DNA of 64,000 nt from Calditrichaceae bacterium (GTDB lineage: Bacteria; Calditrichota; Calditrichia; Calditrichales; JBFXGD01), in the NCBI GenBank assembly GCA_050173015.1, contig JBFXLE010000005.1:112194-176193 (forward strand), written 5' to 3'. The notes under the pieces are model-generated. The model was not told where the DNA came from. It did not search any database and saw nothing but the letters and a program-made list of their open reading frames with translations. A program made the translations under genes and the position numbers. Positions 34,250-45,820 of the stretch are shown piece by piece (the first letter of the stretch is position 1; each line of letters begins with the position of its first letter).

Positions 34250-37200
34250 ATGAAACGAAAAAAGGTCACAATAGATGGAAACGAAGCAGCTGCTTATGTG
34301 GCCCATAAAGTAAATGAAGTCATAGCCATTTATCCGATAACACCATCTTCAAATATGGGTGAGTGGGCTGATGAATATACCGCAAAAGGCCAGAAAAACA
34401 TATGGGGAACCATTCCGAGCGTCACAGAGATGCAGAGTGAAGGCGGTGCCTCCGGCGCGGTACACGGAGCATTGCAGACCGGCGCGTTAACAACCACATT
34501 CACGGCGTCACAGGGATTGCTACTCATGATCCCGAATATGTATAAAATCGCGGGTGAATTAACATCTACAGTCTTTCATGTCTCGGCGCGATCCATTGCC
34601 GCCCAGGCTTTATCTATCTTTGGTGATCATAGTGACGTGATGGCAACCCGCCAGACCGGATTCGCATTATTGGCGTCAAATTCGGTTCAGGAAGTTATGG
34701 ACTTCGCGCTGATCACACAGGCTGCCACACTTGAGGCGAGAGTTCCCTTTATTCACTTTTTTGATGGTTTCAGAACATCTCACGAAGTTATGAAAATAGA
34801 GCAGCTTACGATTGATGATATGAAAGAGATGATCGACGATGATCTGGTCATCGCTCACAGAAAAAGAGGTCTGACCCCTGATAAACCTGTGGTCCGTGGA
34901 ACCGCGCAGAATCCGGATGTATTTTTCCAGGCCAGGGAAACAGTGAATCCCTATTACGAAAAAACTCCGAATATTGTCCAGGACGCGATGGATAAATTTG
35001 CGAAGATAACGGGTCGCCAATATAAATTGTTTGAATATGTCGGTCATCCGGAAGCTGAACGCGTAATTGTAGTAATGGGTTCGGGCGCGGAAGCCGTTCA
35101 GGAAGCGGTTGAATTTTTAATGGCTGCCGGGGAAAAAGTTGGTATGATAAAAGTTCGTCTATACCGCCCCTTCTCCAAAAAACATCTAATGGAAGCTCTG
35201 CCAAAGACAACCAAAGCAATGGCTGTTTTAGACAGAACAAAAGAGCCGGGTTCCGCGGGTGAACCATTGTACCAGGATGTCATGACTTCAATGATGGAAG
35301 GCATGACGGAAGGAATTCTGCCCACTGAACGTTTCCCGAAATTTATCGGTGGCCGTTACGGTCTTTCATCCAAAGAATTTACGCCGGCCATGATTATGGG
35401 TATTTATGACGAATTAAAGAAAGATAAGCCCAAAAATCATTTCACGATCGGTATAAAAGATGATTTATCAAACACCAGTCTCGAATATGATCCGAGTTTG
35501 TCCACAGAATCCAAAGAAGTTATCCGTGGAATGTTTTACGGATTGGGAGCTGACGGGACGGTTGGAGCGAATAAGAATTCAATAAAGATTATTGGTGAAG
35601 AAACGGATAATTACGCTCAGGGTTATTTTGTATATGATTCAAAAAAATCCGGTTCGGTGACCATTTCTCATCTTCGTTTCGGGAAAAAACCGATTCATTC
35701 AACCTATCTGATCTCAAAAGCCAATTTTATCGCTTGTCATCAATTCACATTTGTTGAAAAATTTGATATTCTTGGAAACGCGATGGAAGGCGCGACATTC
35801 TTGTTGAACAGTCCATACGAAAAGGATGAAGTATGGAATAAACTGCCCAAGATTGTTCAAAAACAGATGATTGATAAGAAACTCAAGTTTTATGTGATTG
35901 ACGCTTATGATGTGGCAAAAGATACCGGTATGGGCCAGCGTATCAATACGATTATGCAGACCTGCTTCTTTGCCATTTCCGGTGTCCTGCCAAAAGACGA
36001 AGCGATTGAAAAAATTAAAAACACCATCAAAAAAACATACGGCCGCAAAGGCGAAGATATTGTAAAGATGAATTATAACGCGGTTGATCAGACACTGGCC
36101 AATTTGCATGAAATAAAAATTCCGGCTCAGGTAAGCAGTCTGATAGATCTGCCGCCGGTCGTATCGGAAAAAGCGCCTGATTTTGTTAAAGATGTGACCG
36201 CGATGATGATGGCCGGTAAAGGTGATGACCTGCCGGTGAGCGCGATGCCCGATGATGGCACGTATCCTACGGGAACAACAAAGTGGGAAAAACGAAATAT
36301 CGCTCTCGAAATTCCTGTCTGGGATGAAGAGATATGTATTCAATGCGGTAAATGCGCCATGGTATGTCCGCATGCGGTTATAAGAATAAAAGCATATGAT
36401 GAAAAACATCTGGAAGGCGCTCCATCTACATTTAAACATATGGTTGCCAAGGGAAAAGAATGGCCGGAGAAAACCATGTACACGATTCAGGTTGCTCCGG
36501 AAGATTGTACCGGATGTGAGTTGTGTGTGGAAGTCTGCCCGGCGAAAAGCAAAGAAGTGGTTGGGCATAAAGCGCTGGATATGGCGCCTCAGCTGCCCCT
36601 CAAGGAAGCGGAAAAAGAAAACTGGGATTACTTCCTTAATATTCCTGAATTTGATCGATCGATGATTAAACAGGATACGGTAAAAGGCTCACAGTTCCTC
36701 CAGCCTCTTTTTGAATTCTCCGGAGCGTGCGCCGGATGCGGTGAAACACCTTATATCAAGCTGGTTACCCAGCTCTTTGGTGACAGGATGGTGATTGCCA
36801 ATGCTACAGGTTGTTCATCCATTTACGGCGGTAATTTGCCGACCACCCCATATACATCAAATGAAGAAGGCCGGGGACCGGCATGGTCAAATTCATTATT
36901 CGAAGATAACGCTGAATTTGGTCTTGGTTACAGGCTTACCATTGATAAACAAACCGAACAGGCGTTTGAATTGCTGACTAAATTAAAGGATCAGCTTGAT
37001 TCCGTGTTGGTTGATGAAATTATCAACGCAAATCAGGCAGAAGAGACCGAAATTTTTGAGCAAAGAAAACGTGTTGAAAAACTCAATGAGCAGTTGTTGA
37101 AGATAAATTCAAAAGAGTCAAAACTGCTTCTGAGTTTGAGTAATTATCTGGTGAAGAAGAGCGTATGGATTATAGGCGGTGACGGCTGGGCTTATGATAT

Positions 37201-37837
37201 CGGTTACGGCGGTCTGGATCATGTTCTTGCCTCCGGTAAAAATGTGAATATTCTTGTCCTGGATACGGAGGTTTATTCCAATACCGGTGGTCAGATGTCC
37301 AAAGCGACACCGATGGGCGCCGTGGCAAAATTCGCGGCCGGCGGTAAGCCCGCTCCAAAGAAAGATCTTGGAATGCTGGCCATGTCATACGGCAATGTTT
37401 ACGTGGCGAAGATCGCTATGGGCGCGAGTGATACGCAAACCGTCAAGGCGATCATTGAAGCGGAAAAATATGACGGCCCGTCCCTGATTATTGCCTACAG
37501 CCACTGTATCGCCCATGGATATAATATGCGTTACGGAATGCAGCAGCAAAAACTCGCGGTCGATTCCGGTCACTGGCATTTGTACCGCTACAATCCGGAT
37601 ATGGCAAAAGAGGGAGTCAATCCGTTAAAACTCGATTCCAAAGAGCCAAAAGTCGCGCTGGAAGATTACATTTACAATGAAACCCGTTACAAAATGCTGA
37701 CCAAGATGAATCCGAAAGCAGCAAAGGAACTTCTTGCTCAGGCCCAGGAAGATGTCAAGGAACGGTATAAGTTGTACGCCAATATGGCAAATATGGATTA
37801 TTCTGCCGACAAAGAAGATGAGAATAATGAAAAATAA
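34250..37837 (+). CDS. nifJ: Pyruvate:ferredoxin/flavodoxin oxidoreductase
   Basis: YPITPSS, QSEGGA, two CxxCxxCxxxCP ferredoxin motifs, [20 protein letters not shown]. Confidence 0.97.
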   Translation: MKRKKVTIDGNEAAAYVAHKVNEVIAIYPITPSSNMGEWADEYTAKGQKNIWGTIPSVTEMQSEGGASGAVHGALQTGALTTTFTASQGLLLMIPNMYKIAGELTSTVFHVSARSIAAQALSIFGDHSDVMATRQTGFALLASNSVQEVMDFALITQAATLEARVPFIHFFDGFRTSHEVMKIEQLTIDDMKEMIDDDLVIAHRKRGLTPDKPVVRGTAQNPDVFFQARETVNPYYEKTPNIVQDAMDKFAKITGRQYKLFEYVGHPEAERVIVVMGSGAEAVQEAVEFLMAAGEKVGMIKVRLYRPFSKKHLMEALPKTTKAMAVLDRTKEPGSAGEPLYQDVMTSMMEGMTEGILPTERFPKFIGGRYGLSSKEFTPAMIMGIYDELKKDKPKNHFTIGIKDDLSNTSLEYDPSLSTESKEVIRGMFYGLGADGTVGANKNSIKIIGEETDNYAQGYFVYDSKKSGSVTISHLRFGKKPIHSTYLISKANFIACHQFTFVEKFDILGNAMEGATFLLNSPYEKDEVWNKLPKIVQKQMIDKKLKFYVIDAYDVAKDTGMGQRINTIMQTCFFAISGVLPKDEAIEKIKNTIKKTYGRKGEDIVKMNYNAVDQTLANLHEIKIPAQVSSLIDLPPVVSEKAPDFVKDVTAMMMAGKGDDLPVSAMPDDGTYPTGTTKWEKRNIALEIPVWDEEICIQCGKCAMVCPHAVIRIKAYDEKHLEGAPSTFKHMVAKGKEWPEKTMYTIQVAPEDCTGCELCVEVCPAKSKEVVGHKALDMAPQLPLKEAEKENWDYFLNIPEFDRSMIKQDTVKGSQFLQPLFEFSGACAGCGETPYIKLVTQLFGDRMVIANATGCSSIYGGNLPTTPYTSNEEGRGPAWSNSLFEDNAEFGLGYRLTIDKQTEQAFELLTKLKDQLDSVLVDEIINANQAEETEIFEQRKRVEKLNEQLLKINSKESKLLLSLSNYLVKKSVWIIGGDGWAYDIGYGGLDHVLASGKNVNILVLDTEVYSNTGGQMSKATPMGAVAKFAAGGKPAPKKDLGMLAMSYGNVYVAKIAMGASDTQTVKAIIEAEKYDGPSLIIAYSHCIAHGYNMRYGMQQQKLAVDSGHWHLYRYNPDMAKEGVNPLKLDSKEPKVALEDYIYNETRYKMLTKMNPKAAKELLAQAQEDVKERYKLYANMANMDYSADKEDENNEK

Positions 37838-37849
37838 TTAAGTTAAATG

Positions 37850-37884
37850 ATGCAGGAGGCATATCTTCAGCCTCCTGCATTTTT
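37850..37884 (+). terminator. Stem-loop/terminator after nifJ
   Basis: ATGCAGGAGGC-atatcttca-GCCTCCTGCAT followed by TTTT. Confidence 0.65.
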
Positions 37885-37908
37885 AAATTATGGGGGAAAG
37901 GAGCCGAT

Positions 37909-38901
37909 ATGGATCTTTCAACAAAGTATCTAGGCTTAAATTTAAAAAATCCGATTGTACCTTCCGCGTCACCGCTATCGAATAATATTGACACAGTAAA
38001 AAAACTTGAAGACGCCGGCGCTGCCGCGGTGGTAATGTACTCATTGTTTGAAGAACAGATCACACATGAGAGTAACGAGCTTGACACCTTCTTAACCTAT
38101 GGTTCTGAAAGTTTTTCCGAAGCATTGAGTTATTTTCCTCAGCCCGAGGAGTTTAACAACCTTGACGCGGAAGAATATCTCGAACAGGTTGCCCGTCTGA
38201 AAAGCGCGGTTGATATCCCCATCATCGGGAGTTTAAACGGCGTTTCGTCCGGCGGATGGATGAAGTACGCGAAAAAAATTGAAGAAGCAGGCGCCGACGC
38301 GCTGGAATTAAATGTGTATTACATCCCGACAGATCCAAATATGACGTCGCAGCAGGTTGAAGATATTTATCTTGATAATCTTAAAACGGTGAAAAATTCC
38401 GTCAAGATACCGGTCGCGATCAAATTAAGTCCATATTTCAGCGCCTTTGCCAACATGGCATCAAGACTGGATAAGGCCGGAGCCGACGGCCTGGTACTGT
38501 TTAACCGCTTCTATCAACCGGATATAGATCTTGAAGAACTGGAGGTTGTTCCAAATCTAATCTTCAGCACATCACATGAAATGCGTCTGCCTTTGAGATG
38601 GCTGGCCATTTTGCATGGTAAAATAAAAGCCAGCCTGGCCGCGACTACAGGGATTCATGACGCGAAGGATGTTCTCAAGATGGTCATGGCCGGCGCGGAT
38701 GTGACCATGATGGCGTCAATTCTCTTAAAGGATGGAGTCGGGGAAATTTCCAAGATTCTTGCCGACCTTGAGAGATGGATGGAGGAACATGAATATAACT
38801 CCATTTCGCAGATGAAGGGATCAATGAGCTACAAGAATGTGGCGGAACCGGCGGCCTACGAACGGGCCAACTATATGAAAACACTTCAGAGTATCAAATA
38901 A
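37909..38901 (+). CDS. Dihydroorotate dehydrogenase-like flavoprotein (nifJ-associated type)
   Basis: [41 protein letters not shown]. Confidence 0.85.
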   Translation: MDLSTKYLGLNLKNPIVPSASPLSNNIDTVKKLEDAGAAAVVMYSLFEEQITHESNELDTFLTYGSESFSEALSYFPQPEEFNNLDAEEYLEQVARLKSAVDIPIIGSLNGVSSGGWMKYAKKIEEAGADALELNVYYIPTDPNMTSQQVEDIYLDNLKTVKNSVKIPVAIKLSPYFSAFANMASRLDKAGADGLVLFNRFYQPDIDLEELEVVPNLIFSTSHEMRLPLRWLAILHGKIKASLAATTGIHDAKDVLKMVMAGADVTMMASILLKDGVGEISKILADLERWMEEHEYNSISQMKGSMSYKNVAEPAAYERANYMKTLQSIK

Positions 38902-38904
38902 TCC

Positions 38905-38932
38905 AAGCCCCGCCTGTCGGGGCTTTTTTTTT
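38905..38932 (+). terminator. Intrinsic terminator
   Basis: AAGCCCCG-cctgt-CGGGGCTT followed by a T-run. Confidence 0.85.
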
Positions 38933-39027
38933 CTGATACTAAAAAATATGCATATGCGTTATTTTCGCACTATATTCTTACTCATCAAACCGCTATTTTT
39001 AATGCCATCTATTTCCTGGAGAGAAAA

Positions 39028-40002
39028 ATGTCTGTTGAAAATTCTAAACTAGGTCTGGTTCTGGGAAGCGGCGCTTCAAGAGGTTTGGCTCATATCGGCG
39101 TCATAAAAGTACTTGAAAAATATGATGTTAAAATCGGCAGCGTCACCGGTACAAGCATCGGCGCGTTGATTGGCGGACTGTACGCGTCGGGAATGACCGG
39201 AAAACAGATGGAGGAAATTGCCTGCAATACGGACTGGCGTACCGTGGCGAAAGTTTTTTTACCGACGCTATTTAGAAATACTTCTTTTGCGGGAAAATAT
39301 CTTAAGGAATTTATCACGGCTCTGGTGGGAGATACGGATTTTAAGGATTTGAATATTCCGTTTGCCTGTGTCACAACCGATTTGTTAAGCGGGAATGAGA
39401 TTATCATCGATAAGGGTTCGCTTTCGGAGGCGATTCTTGCCAGCGTCTCTCTGCCGGGTTTATTCAAGCCGGTTCAAACCAACGGCCGGCTTCTGGTGGA
39501 TGGCGGATTGGTAAATCCCCTGCCGGTGAATCTGGCAAAATATCTTGGTTCGGACAAAACGATTTCGGTAAACGTGACACCACCCATGGACCGGCCAATG
39601 AAGAAACTAAAAGTCAAATCAAATCAAAGATCATCTTTTTTTAAATTCGCGGGGAATTCAAAAATATTGTCTGATCGGTTGTCATTGTATTTTAAGATCG
39701 CGGAGAATTTTAAAGAGGAAAAATTTTTGTTCTTTGATCCGGGCCGGCCAAAAAAAGGGATGAAAGTACCCTCCTTGATGGAGACGGCAACCCAGGCGGT
39801 GGTGATCATGCAAAATCAAATCATCCGGTTAAACCTCGCTGAATCTCCGACCAATATTCTGATTGAACCGGATGTCTCACAATTCCAGCTTTTGGATTTT
39901 TCAGACGCCAAAAAGATCATCAAACAAGGCGAAATTGAGACAGAAAAGCATATCAGAAAAATTATTAAAATCATTGAAAAAGTGGATAAACTTAGGATCT
40001 AA
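39028..40002 (+). CDS. Patatin-like phospholipase
   Basis: GSGASRGLAHIG, GTSIG and DGG motifs. Confidence 0.9.
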   Translation: MSVENSKLGLVLGSGASRGLAHIGVIKVLEKYDVKIGSVTGTSIGALIGGLYASGMTGKQMEEIACNTDWRTVAKVFLPTLFRNTSFAGKYLKEFITALVGDTDFKDLNIPFACVTTDLLSGNEIIIDKGSLSEAILASVSLPGLFKPVQTNGRLLVDGGLVNPLPVNLAKYLGSDKTISVNVTPPMDRPMKKLKVKSNQRSSFFKFAGNSKILSDRLSLYFKIAENFKEEKFLFFDPGRPKKGMKVPSLMETATQAVVIMQNQIIRLNLAESPTNILIEPDVSQFQLLDFSDAKKIIKQGEIETEKHIRKIIKIIEKVDKLRI

Positions 40003-40332
40003 ATCAAGAGATTGCCCCTCTTCCGTCTAATTTTAACATCCGTATAACATTTATTTCTTTTGTCTAAAAAGTAGCGGTTTTTACGCGTCTGTTATCTTTT
40101 TGCGTCAATCGTGGAAATGTAGATACCATTATTTCTGTTTTATTAAGATATCAGCACATTATATTGACACAATCTAATACCGGATTACAAAGACAAGCAA
40201 TGGATTGGGGCGTGTCGTACCATACCCGTTTTCTTTTAACTGGACGCGTGAAATGTTTTGGCAGTAATATTTAGGATATTGGAAAAAAGTTAAACTTAAC
40301 CAAAACGGTAAATTAATATCTTCGGTAACAAA

Positions 40333-40776
40333 ATGGTAACCGTTAGAAAAGCAGAAAAATCAGATCGCGACGATTATTTAAAAATGCGAAAGCTTCTTTG
40401 GCCGGAGTGTTCCACCGACCGGCATGAGCATGAGATTGATTTGATTTTATCTTCATCGGGAGTTGTTCTTTTAGCAGAGCTGTCTCAATCAGGTGTAGTC
40501 GGTTTTGCCGAGGTATCAATTCGAAAAGACCATGTGGAAGGGACAACAAAATCACCCGTTCCCTATCTTGAAGGTTGGTATGTTTATCCTAAACACCAGG
40601 GAATGGGCATTGGAAAAGCTTTGATAAATGCAGCGGAAGATTTTGCAATAAAAATGGGATTTAATGAATTGGCAAGCGATACGGATCTGACTAATGCGAC
40701 CGCTATCGCGATTCATAAAAGAATTGGATTCACGGAAGTCGGAAGAACGGTACATTTTGTCAAAAGGATCCGGTAA
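40333..40776 (+). CDS. GNAT acetyltransferase, aminoglycoside 6'-N-acetyltransferase type I-like
   Basis: MR..LWP, GFAEVSIR.DHVEG, YLEGWYV, ELASD, H...GF.E. Confidence 0.8.
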   Translation: MVTVRKAEKSDRDDYLKMRKLLWPECSTDRHEHEIDLILSSSGVVLLAELSQSGVVGFAEVSIRKDHVEGTTKSPVPYLEGWYVYPKHQGMGIGKALINAAEDFAIKMGFNELASDTDLTNATAIAIHKRIGFTEVGRTVHFVKRIR

Positions 40777-40813
40777 GGAAAGTCCGGTATCAGGGGCGCC
40801 GGGCTTTCCGCCG

Positions 40814-40964
40814 CGTAATGCGTTAAAAAACAAACAAAACTCTTATACCTTATTTTTGTTTTCTTCAACCTTAGTAGTACAAAGACAACAAAAACACAAA
40901 ACCTCATTATTTTATTTGATTTACAAATCAGACTAACAATCTGCCATGCATTTGGTATTTAGTT
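40814..40964 (+). repeat. Diverged ~150-bp direct repeat, copy 1
   Basis: Colinear with 51408-51559; shared blocks include CCTTATTTTTGTT, AACCTTAGTAG and TTTACAAATCAGACTA. Confidence 0.85.
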
Positions 40965-41023
40965 TTTTAGAATAGCAACCATTAATTCCGGAACGGCAGG
41001 GGGATGTTTTTGCGGAAACATGG

Positions 41024-41116
41024 TAAGTTAGCCCTGTAACTTGAGAAGTTACGCCGGAAAGTTCTGAAGTTACGCCGGAAAGTTCTGAAGTTATTATCGA
41101 AACTTGGGAAGTTACA
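41024..41116. repeat. 21-bp tandem repeat (~4.5 units)
   Basis: (G/T)AAGTTA recurs at 41024, 41045, 41066, 41087 and 41108; two exact GAAGTTACGCCGGAAAGTTCT units. Confidence 0.85.
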
Positions 41117-41449
41117 GACAGTTGCTCCCATAACCTTTTTTTATAGGCTTCAGAAGATTTTAATTTGAAGCATGAGGATCATGGAAAATAACGACCTGGA
41201 GCCGGCTCAAAATACCGATGGCGAGAGATGAATATCCTCTTCATTCTCAGTTATGTATGATTATAATCCGGTTCTTGAATTTTTAAATATTTCTGTTTAT
41301 AATAATAACGTTTTTAGTTTTATCTTTTGCTTTTTCTTCAATCTTTGAAAACGATTACAATAGGGAGTTTGGCATATATTAATGACGACGTATGTTTTGG
41401 ATTTCGACTCATGCCGGTTTTAAGATATCAAACAAAGAATAATGGGGGA

Positions 41450-41599
41450 ATTACACTTGAACAGGATACAGATTTAAGGTGTTTTCAAGAGTTGCTGGGC
41501 CATAATAGTTCCAAAACTACTGAGATATATACGCACGTTTCAAAAAAGGCTATTGATAGAATCAGGAATCCGATTGATGATTTTTTTGAACAAGATTAA
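41450..41599 (+). pseudogene. C-terminal remnant of a tyrosine recombinase/integrase
   Basis: LEQDTDLRCFQELLGHNSSKTTEIYTHVS retains box II His and the catalytic Tyr. The upstream HxxR motif and N-terminal domains are missing. Confidence 0.85.
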
Positions 41600-41779
41600 T
41601 ATAATTGTAAAAGAAATATATAAACAATAGTGCTTATACCGCCAATTTAGGCGGATAAGAACGATAGAATATATACGCACGTTAGCAGCAACCATTAAAG
41701 AAAATCGAGTAATGAAAGATTTTTAAAAATTAATTGTAACATATGACTATTGTAATTCGTCAAACAAAAAAATATAATT

Positions 41780-42526
41780 ATGAGACAAATATTTATTTAT
41801 TTAATTTTGGCAGGCACAATTTCGTGTAATAATCCGAAACAAGATCAAAATTCTGAAAGTATTAATTCGCAATTGGAAATAAACGATACTATTTCAATTA
41901 GATTAATTTTACCAAGTTCTTTAGAAAATAGAAGACAAGAATTCCTTGACTATGTTAATTCCGCAAGAAAGAATATCAGAGATTTTTCTGAAAAATATGA
42001 GTGGAAGGATATAACAAAAGATGAATTCATGGATAGTGTTATTATCTTTGACAATAAAAACTATTTTAATAAAACGTTATTAAAACTTGCAGGAGCTGAC
42101 ACATCAATAAATTTGCCTGATACATATTGCGCTGCATTGGAAAAAAGAACCTTAGTTTCTGTTTCGCCTGAATTTTATTCAAAAGTATATCCCGAAGGAA
42201 TAGAAGAAAATTCTTTTGAAAAATTGCTTACACATGAAATCGCACATCAATTGCATGTGAGAATATTAAAAGGGGACGAAGAAGCCATGGGACCTATTTG
42301 GTTTTATGAAGGTTTCGCAATGTATGTGGCAAATCAATTTTCAGGATCAAATATTGTTCTTAGTAAAGAGGAAATGATTAAAATAATGGGAAACCCAGAC
42401 AGAGGCAGTTATATTAAATATAATTATATTTTTAGGTATTTTGTAAGTAAGATTTCGTTAAAAGAATTAATTTTTAAAGCAAAGAATGAAAATTTCAATG
42501 AAGAATTAATCAAATCGCTTCAATGA
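41780..42526 (+). CDS. Cassette 1: lipoprotein with gluzincin metallopeptidase motif
   Basis: Lipobox TISC; THEIAH...WFYEGFA. Confidence 0.75.
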   Translation: MRQIFIYLILAGTISCNNPKQDQNSESINSQLEINDTISIRLILPSSLENRRQEFLDYVNSARKNIRDFSEKYEWKDITKDEFMDSVIIFDNKNYFNKTLLKLAGADTSINLPDTYCAALEKRTLVSVSPEFYSKVYPEGIEENSFEKLLTHEIAHQLHVRILKGDEEAMGPIWFYEGFAMYVANQFSGSNIVLSKEEMIKIMGNPDRGSYIKYNYIFRYFVSKISLKELIFKAKNENFNEELIKSLQ

Positions 42527-42574
42527 CAATAAACAAGTCAAGCGAAATTAATGACTGAAAACAAAATGGCATGC

Positions 42575-42705
42575 TGCTAACATCGTGTATAAAACATTGG
42601 GGTATAGGTGGTTATATGAAGTTCCTGCCCCGCATCAAACTTTGGTGTTGGGGGATAGTTCCGTAGCCCGCAATCCCCAACGTTTCATACACGTAACCGT
42701 TAGGC
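42575..42705 (+). repeat. attC-like site 1
   Basis: TGCTAAC...GTTAGGC; arms CGTGTATAAAACATTGGGG / CCCCAACGTTTCATACACG. Confidence 0.88.
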
Positions 42706-42751
42706 AAAATTTAAAATTGACTACCAGATAATAAATTTGACCGTGAAATAG

Positions 42752-44017
42752 ATGAAAAATAAAAGTCAAAAGAATAAACTAAATATAGTTTATAATATAG
42801 ACGCTAGAAGAATTCTGGATAAAATACCTGAAGAAGTAAAAGTTGCAACGACAATTACATCTCCACCTTATTTTGAAATGAAAGATTATGATTCTGACAA
42901 TCAGATTGGTTACGGACAAACTTATGATGAATATTTAGAAGACCTTAAATCAATTTTTGCGGGTGTTTTTCAAGTTACAAAGGACGATGGAACTTTATGG
43001 ATTGTTATTGATACATTCAAAAGAAATAATCAAGTAGTTCCATTACCTTTTGATTTATCTAATAAATTAAAAGAAATTGGTTGGTTGCTCCAAGATATAA
43101 TAATTTGGAAAAAAGATAAAACTGTGCCTTGGTCATCTAATGGTTTTATGCAACGTAAATTTGAGTACATTCTATTCTTTTCAAAATCTGAAAATTATAA
43201 AACCAATAAAGATAATGTTAGAGTTTACGATACTACTCAGCTAAAAAAATGGTGGGTTAAATACCCTGAAAGATATAATCCCAGAGGAAAAGCACTTGAA
43301 GAAGTTTGGGAATTTCCAATACCAACTCAAGGCTCTTGGGGTGACCAATATATACGACATTTTTGTCCTCTACCGCAGAGTATGGTAGCTACCATGATTC
43401 AAATTAGTTCAGATGAAAATGATATTGTCCTGGATCCTTTTGCAGGAAGTGGTACTGTATTGACCCAATCTGCCTATATGAAAAGAAATTATCTAGGATT
43501 TGAACTTAATGAGAGCTACATAAGAATGTTTGAAAATTATCTTAAAAAAACATTCAAAAAGAATAGGAAAGAATACGAGGCATCTGGGCAAATTATTGAA
43601 CAGGACTTATTTGAAAAAAGAATTCTTGATTTAAGATCTTTAAAATACGCCAGAGTATTGATTAATAACTTTGAAAAGGCAACAAATATCAGCGATTTTA
43701 AAATATTTGTAAATCCGAAAGGAAGTAGTACAGCTAAAAACAAATTAATAAGAGTTGAATATCAAATTATTGGAGAAATTGACAACCGTGTATTTAAAGA
43801 TTTAATCAACCAATTAATCCTTAAACCACCTTTATCCAAATATGGAATTGAACCCTCTTTTATCTTCAAAGAATCGAAAAAGTATAATTTAAAAAAGCAT
43901 TACGGATATTCGAAAACGAATACTTATTCATTTATTAAAAATCCAAACTTTGATTCTTCAATGATCAGAGTAATAAGTGATATATGTGTTGATCTTAACG
44001 AAAATGATTACTTATAG
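42752..44017 (+). CDS. Cassette 2a: beta-class amino DNA methyltransferase (SPPY, likely N4-C) with C-terminal extension
   Basis: TSPPY precedes DPFAGSGT; IIW.K, HFCPLP; ~150 extra C-terminal residues. Confidence 0.88.
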   Translation: MKNKSQKNKLNIVYNIDARRILDKIPEEVKVATTITSPPYFEMKDYDSDNQIGYGQTYDEYLEDLKSIFAGVFQVTKDDGTLWIVIDTFKRNNQVVPLPFDLSNKLKEIGWLLQDIIIWKKDKTVPWSSNGFMQRKFEYILFFSKSENYKTNKDNVRVYDTTQLKKWWVKYPERYNPRGKALEEVWEFPIPTQGSWGDQYIRHFCPLPQSMVATMIQISSDENDIVLDPFAGSGTVLTQSAYMKRNYLGFELNESYIRMFENYLKKTFKKNRKEYEASGQIIEQDLFEKRILDLRSLKYARVLINNFEKATNISDFKIFVNPKGSSTAKNKLIRVEYQIIGEIDNRVFKDLINQLILKPPLSKYGIEPSFIFKESKKYNLKKHYGYSKTNTYSFIKNPNFDSSMIRVISDICVDLNENDYL

Positions 44018-44025
44018 TTATTGGT

Positions 44026-45810
44026 ATGGCGAAAATAAAAAGCAAAAAAAGAACCACTAGAAAAAAGTTGTCTCCACAAGAGAAAGCTATTTTAAAGGAA
44101 AAACGAGATCAGCGAAACGAAATATCAACGATTTTAAAAAATATTGGTTTTTATAGACTGCCATTTATTGATGGCAAGCATTTTGAATATGAACAAAAAA
44201 AGACTGAAATGGATGATGTTTTTATCAATCAAAACATCATTTTAATTACTGAATACACTGTAGGAGATCCAAAAGATCATTTGTTTTCCAAAAAAATATT
44301 TTACGATAAGATTAACCAAGATAAACGAAAATTTATTGACTTCCTTCTTTCAGAAGATAAGCTAAAGAGTTTTCAAAATTATTATTCAAATAATATACAA
44401 GGTAATTATTCGAAGAATGAATTGCATCTTCAAATTTTATATTGTTCTAAAAAGTCAATTTCTGACGATCATAAAAATTTAGTTGACCATGTGATTTTTT
44501 TTGATTATCACATTGTTCAATACTTTAAAAGTCTAACAAAAGTTATTAAGCAATCGAGTAAATATGAATTTCTTGATTTTATAAAAATACCTTTTGAAGA
44601 GTTTGGATCAAATATTAAAAACTCATCAGTTTCATCTTCTAATAAATTTTCGGGACATATTTTGCCAGAAGAAAAAAGTTCATTTGATGAGGGTTATAAA
44701 ATTGTTTCATTTTATATCGATGCAGAATCTTTGTTAAAAAGATCTTATGTTTTGAGACAATCTGGTTGGCGCGATCTTGAAAATGTTGGTCATTATCAGA
44801 GAATGTTTGAAGCGAAAAAAATATCAAGTATGCGAAGATATTTAACCGAAAAAAATAGAGTTTTTATAAACAATATTATTTCAACAATCTCAATCGATAA
44901 AATCAAACTGTATGATAGGAAAGGTAAATTGCTATCGATTAGTGAAAATGGTCAATTTATTGGTGATAATGCAACAGAAGTCACACCTGCATTAATTGAA
45001 ATAAATGATGAATGCAATATTATTGGTTTAATAGATGGTCAACATCGAACTTATGCTTATCATGAGGGTGATGACCAATTTGAAGAGACTATTTCAAAAC
45101 TCCGGAAAATTCAAAACCTACTTGTAACCGGTATTTTATTTCCAAAAACTGAGAACAAGCAAACAAGATTAAAATTTGAAGCAAATCTGTTTTTAGAAAT
45201 AAATTCAAATCAAACCAATGTTAAATCTCAACTAAAACAAGAAATTGAATTAATGATTAGTCCATTTTCTACAGTTGCAATTGGAAAGAGAATATTACTA
45301 GGTTTGAATAAAAGTGGACCATTGGGAAATTTAATTGAGCAGTACTGGTATGAAAAAGGGAAAATTAAAACTGCTTCTATTGTTAGTTTTGGATTAAAAC
45401 CTTTAATAAAAATTGAAGATGTAAAGGCTAAGGACAGTATATATTCTATTTGGAAAAATCCTGACAAGCAAAAATTAAAAATAAAAGACAATAAAGAATT
45501 TGATTTGTTGGATGAATACGTGAATTTCTCGGTTGAAAAGATTAGAGATATATTCATTGCCCTAAAAATGACATTGGCATCAGATCAGTGGGAAACATAT
45601 AGACCAAGTAATCCTAGAGGAACTTTAACTGTTACATTTATTAATGGCATTTTGAATGTTTTAAGATTACTAATTGAAAATAATAAGGTGTCGACAATTG
45701 ATGATTATAAAATAAAGCTGAATGGTATTGATAAATTTGATTTTAAGAAATTTAAATCAAGTCAATATAGAAAAATGGGTGAAGAGATTTACAATAAATA
45801 TTTTCGTTAA
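44026..45810 (+). CDS. Cassette 2b: DGQHR-domain protein
   Basis: YQR, FINNII, LIDGQHR and LFLEINSNQT.V motifs; additional ~200-aa N-terminal domain. Confidence 0.85.
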   Translation: MAKIKSKKRTTRKKLSPQEKAILKEKRDQRNEISTILKNIGFYRLPFIDGKHFEYEQKKTEMDDVFINQNIILITEYTVGDPKDHLFSKKIFYDKINQDKRKFIDFLLSEDKLKSFQNYYSNNIQGNYSKNELHLQILYCSKKSISDDHKNLVDHVIFFDYHIVQYFKSLTKVIKQSSKYEFLDFIKIPFEEFGSNIKNSSVSSSNKFSGHILPEEKSSFDEGYKIVSFYIDAESLLKRSYVLRQSGWRDLENVGHYQRMFEAKKISSMRRYLTEKNRVFINNIISTISIDKIKLYDRKGKLLSISENGQFIGDNATEVTPALIEINDECNIIGLIDGQHRTYAYHEGDDQFEETISKLRKIQNLLVTGILFPKTENKQTRLKFEANLFLEINSNQTNVKSQLKQEIELMISPFSTVAIGKRILLGLNKSGPLGNLIEQYWYEKGKIKTASIVSFGLKPLIKIEDVKAKDSIYSIWKNPDKQKLKIKDNKEFDLLDEYVNFSVEKIRDIFIALKMTLASDQWETYRPSNPRGTLTVTFINGILNVLRLLIENNKVSTIDDYKIKLNGIDKFDFKKFKSSQYRKMGEEIYNKYFR

Positions 45811-45820
45811 AAAAAACTTT

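Noticed and set aside
35714-36568. 284-aa antisense ORF inside nifJ, and the many other short shadow ORFs in the track
   Set aside because: They overlap well-supported genes on the opposite strand or in another frame and have no recognisable motifs.
41327-41599. 90-aa ORF as an intact integrase
   Set aside because: Only the last ~50 aa resemble a tyrosine recombinase. The catalytic Arg and HxxR regions are absent.
44026-45810. Phosphorothioation (dnd) cluster
   Set aside because: Only a DGQHR/DndB-like domain is present; there are no dndA/C/D/E or ssp genes in the window.
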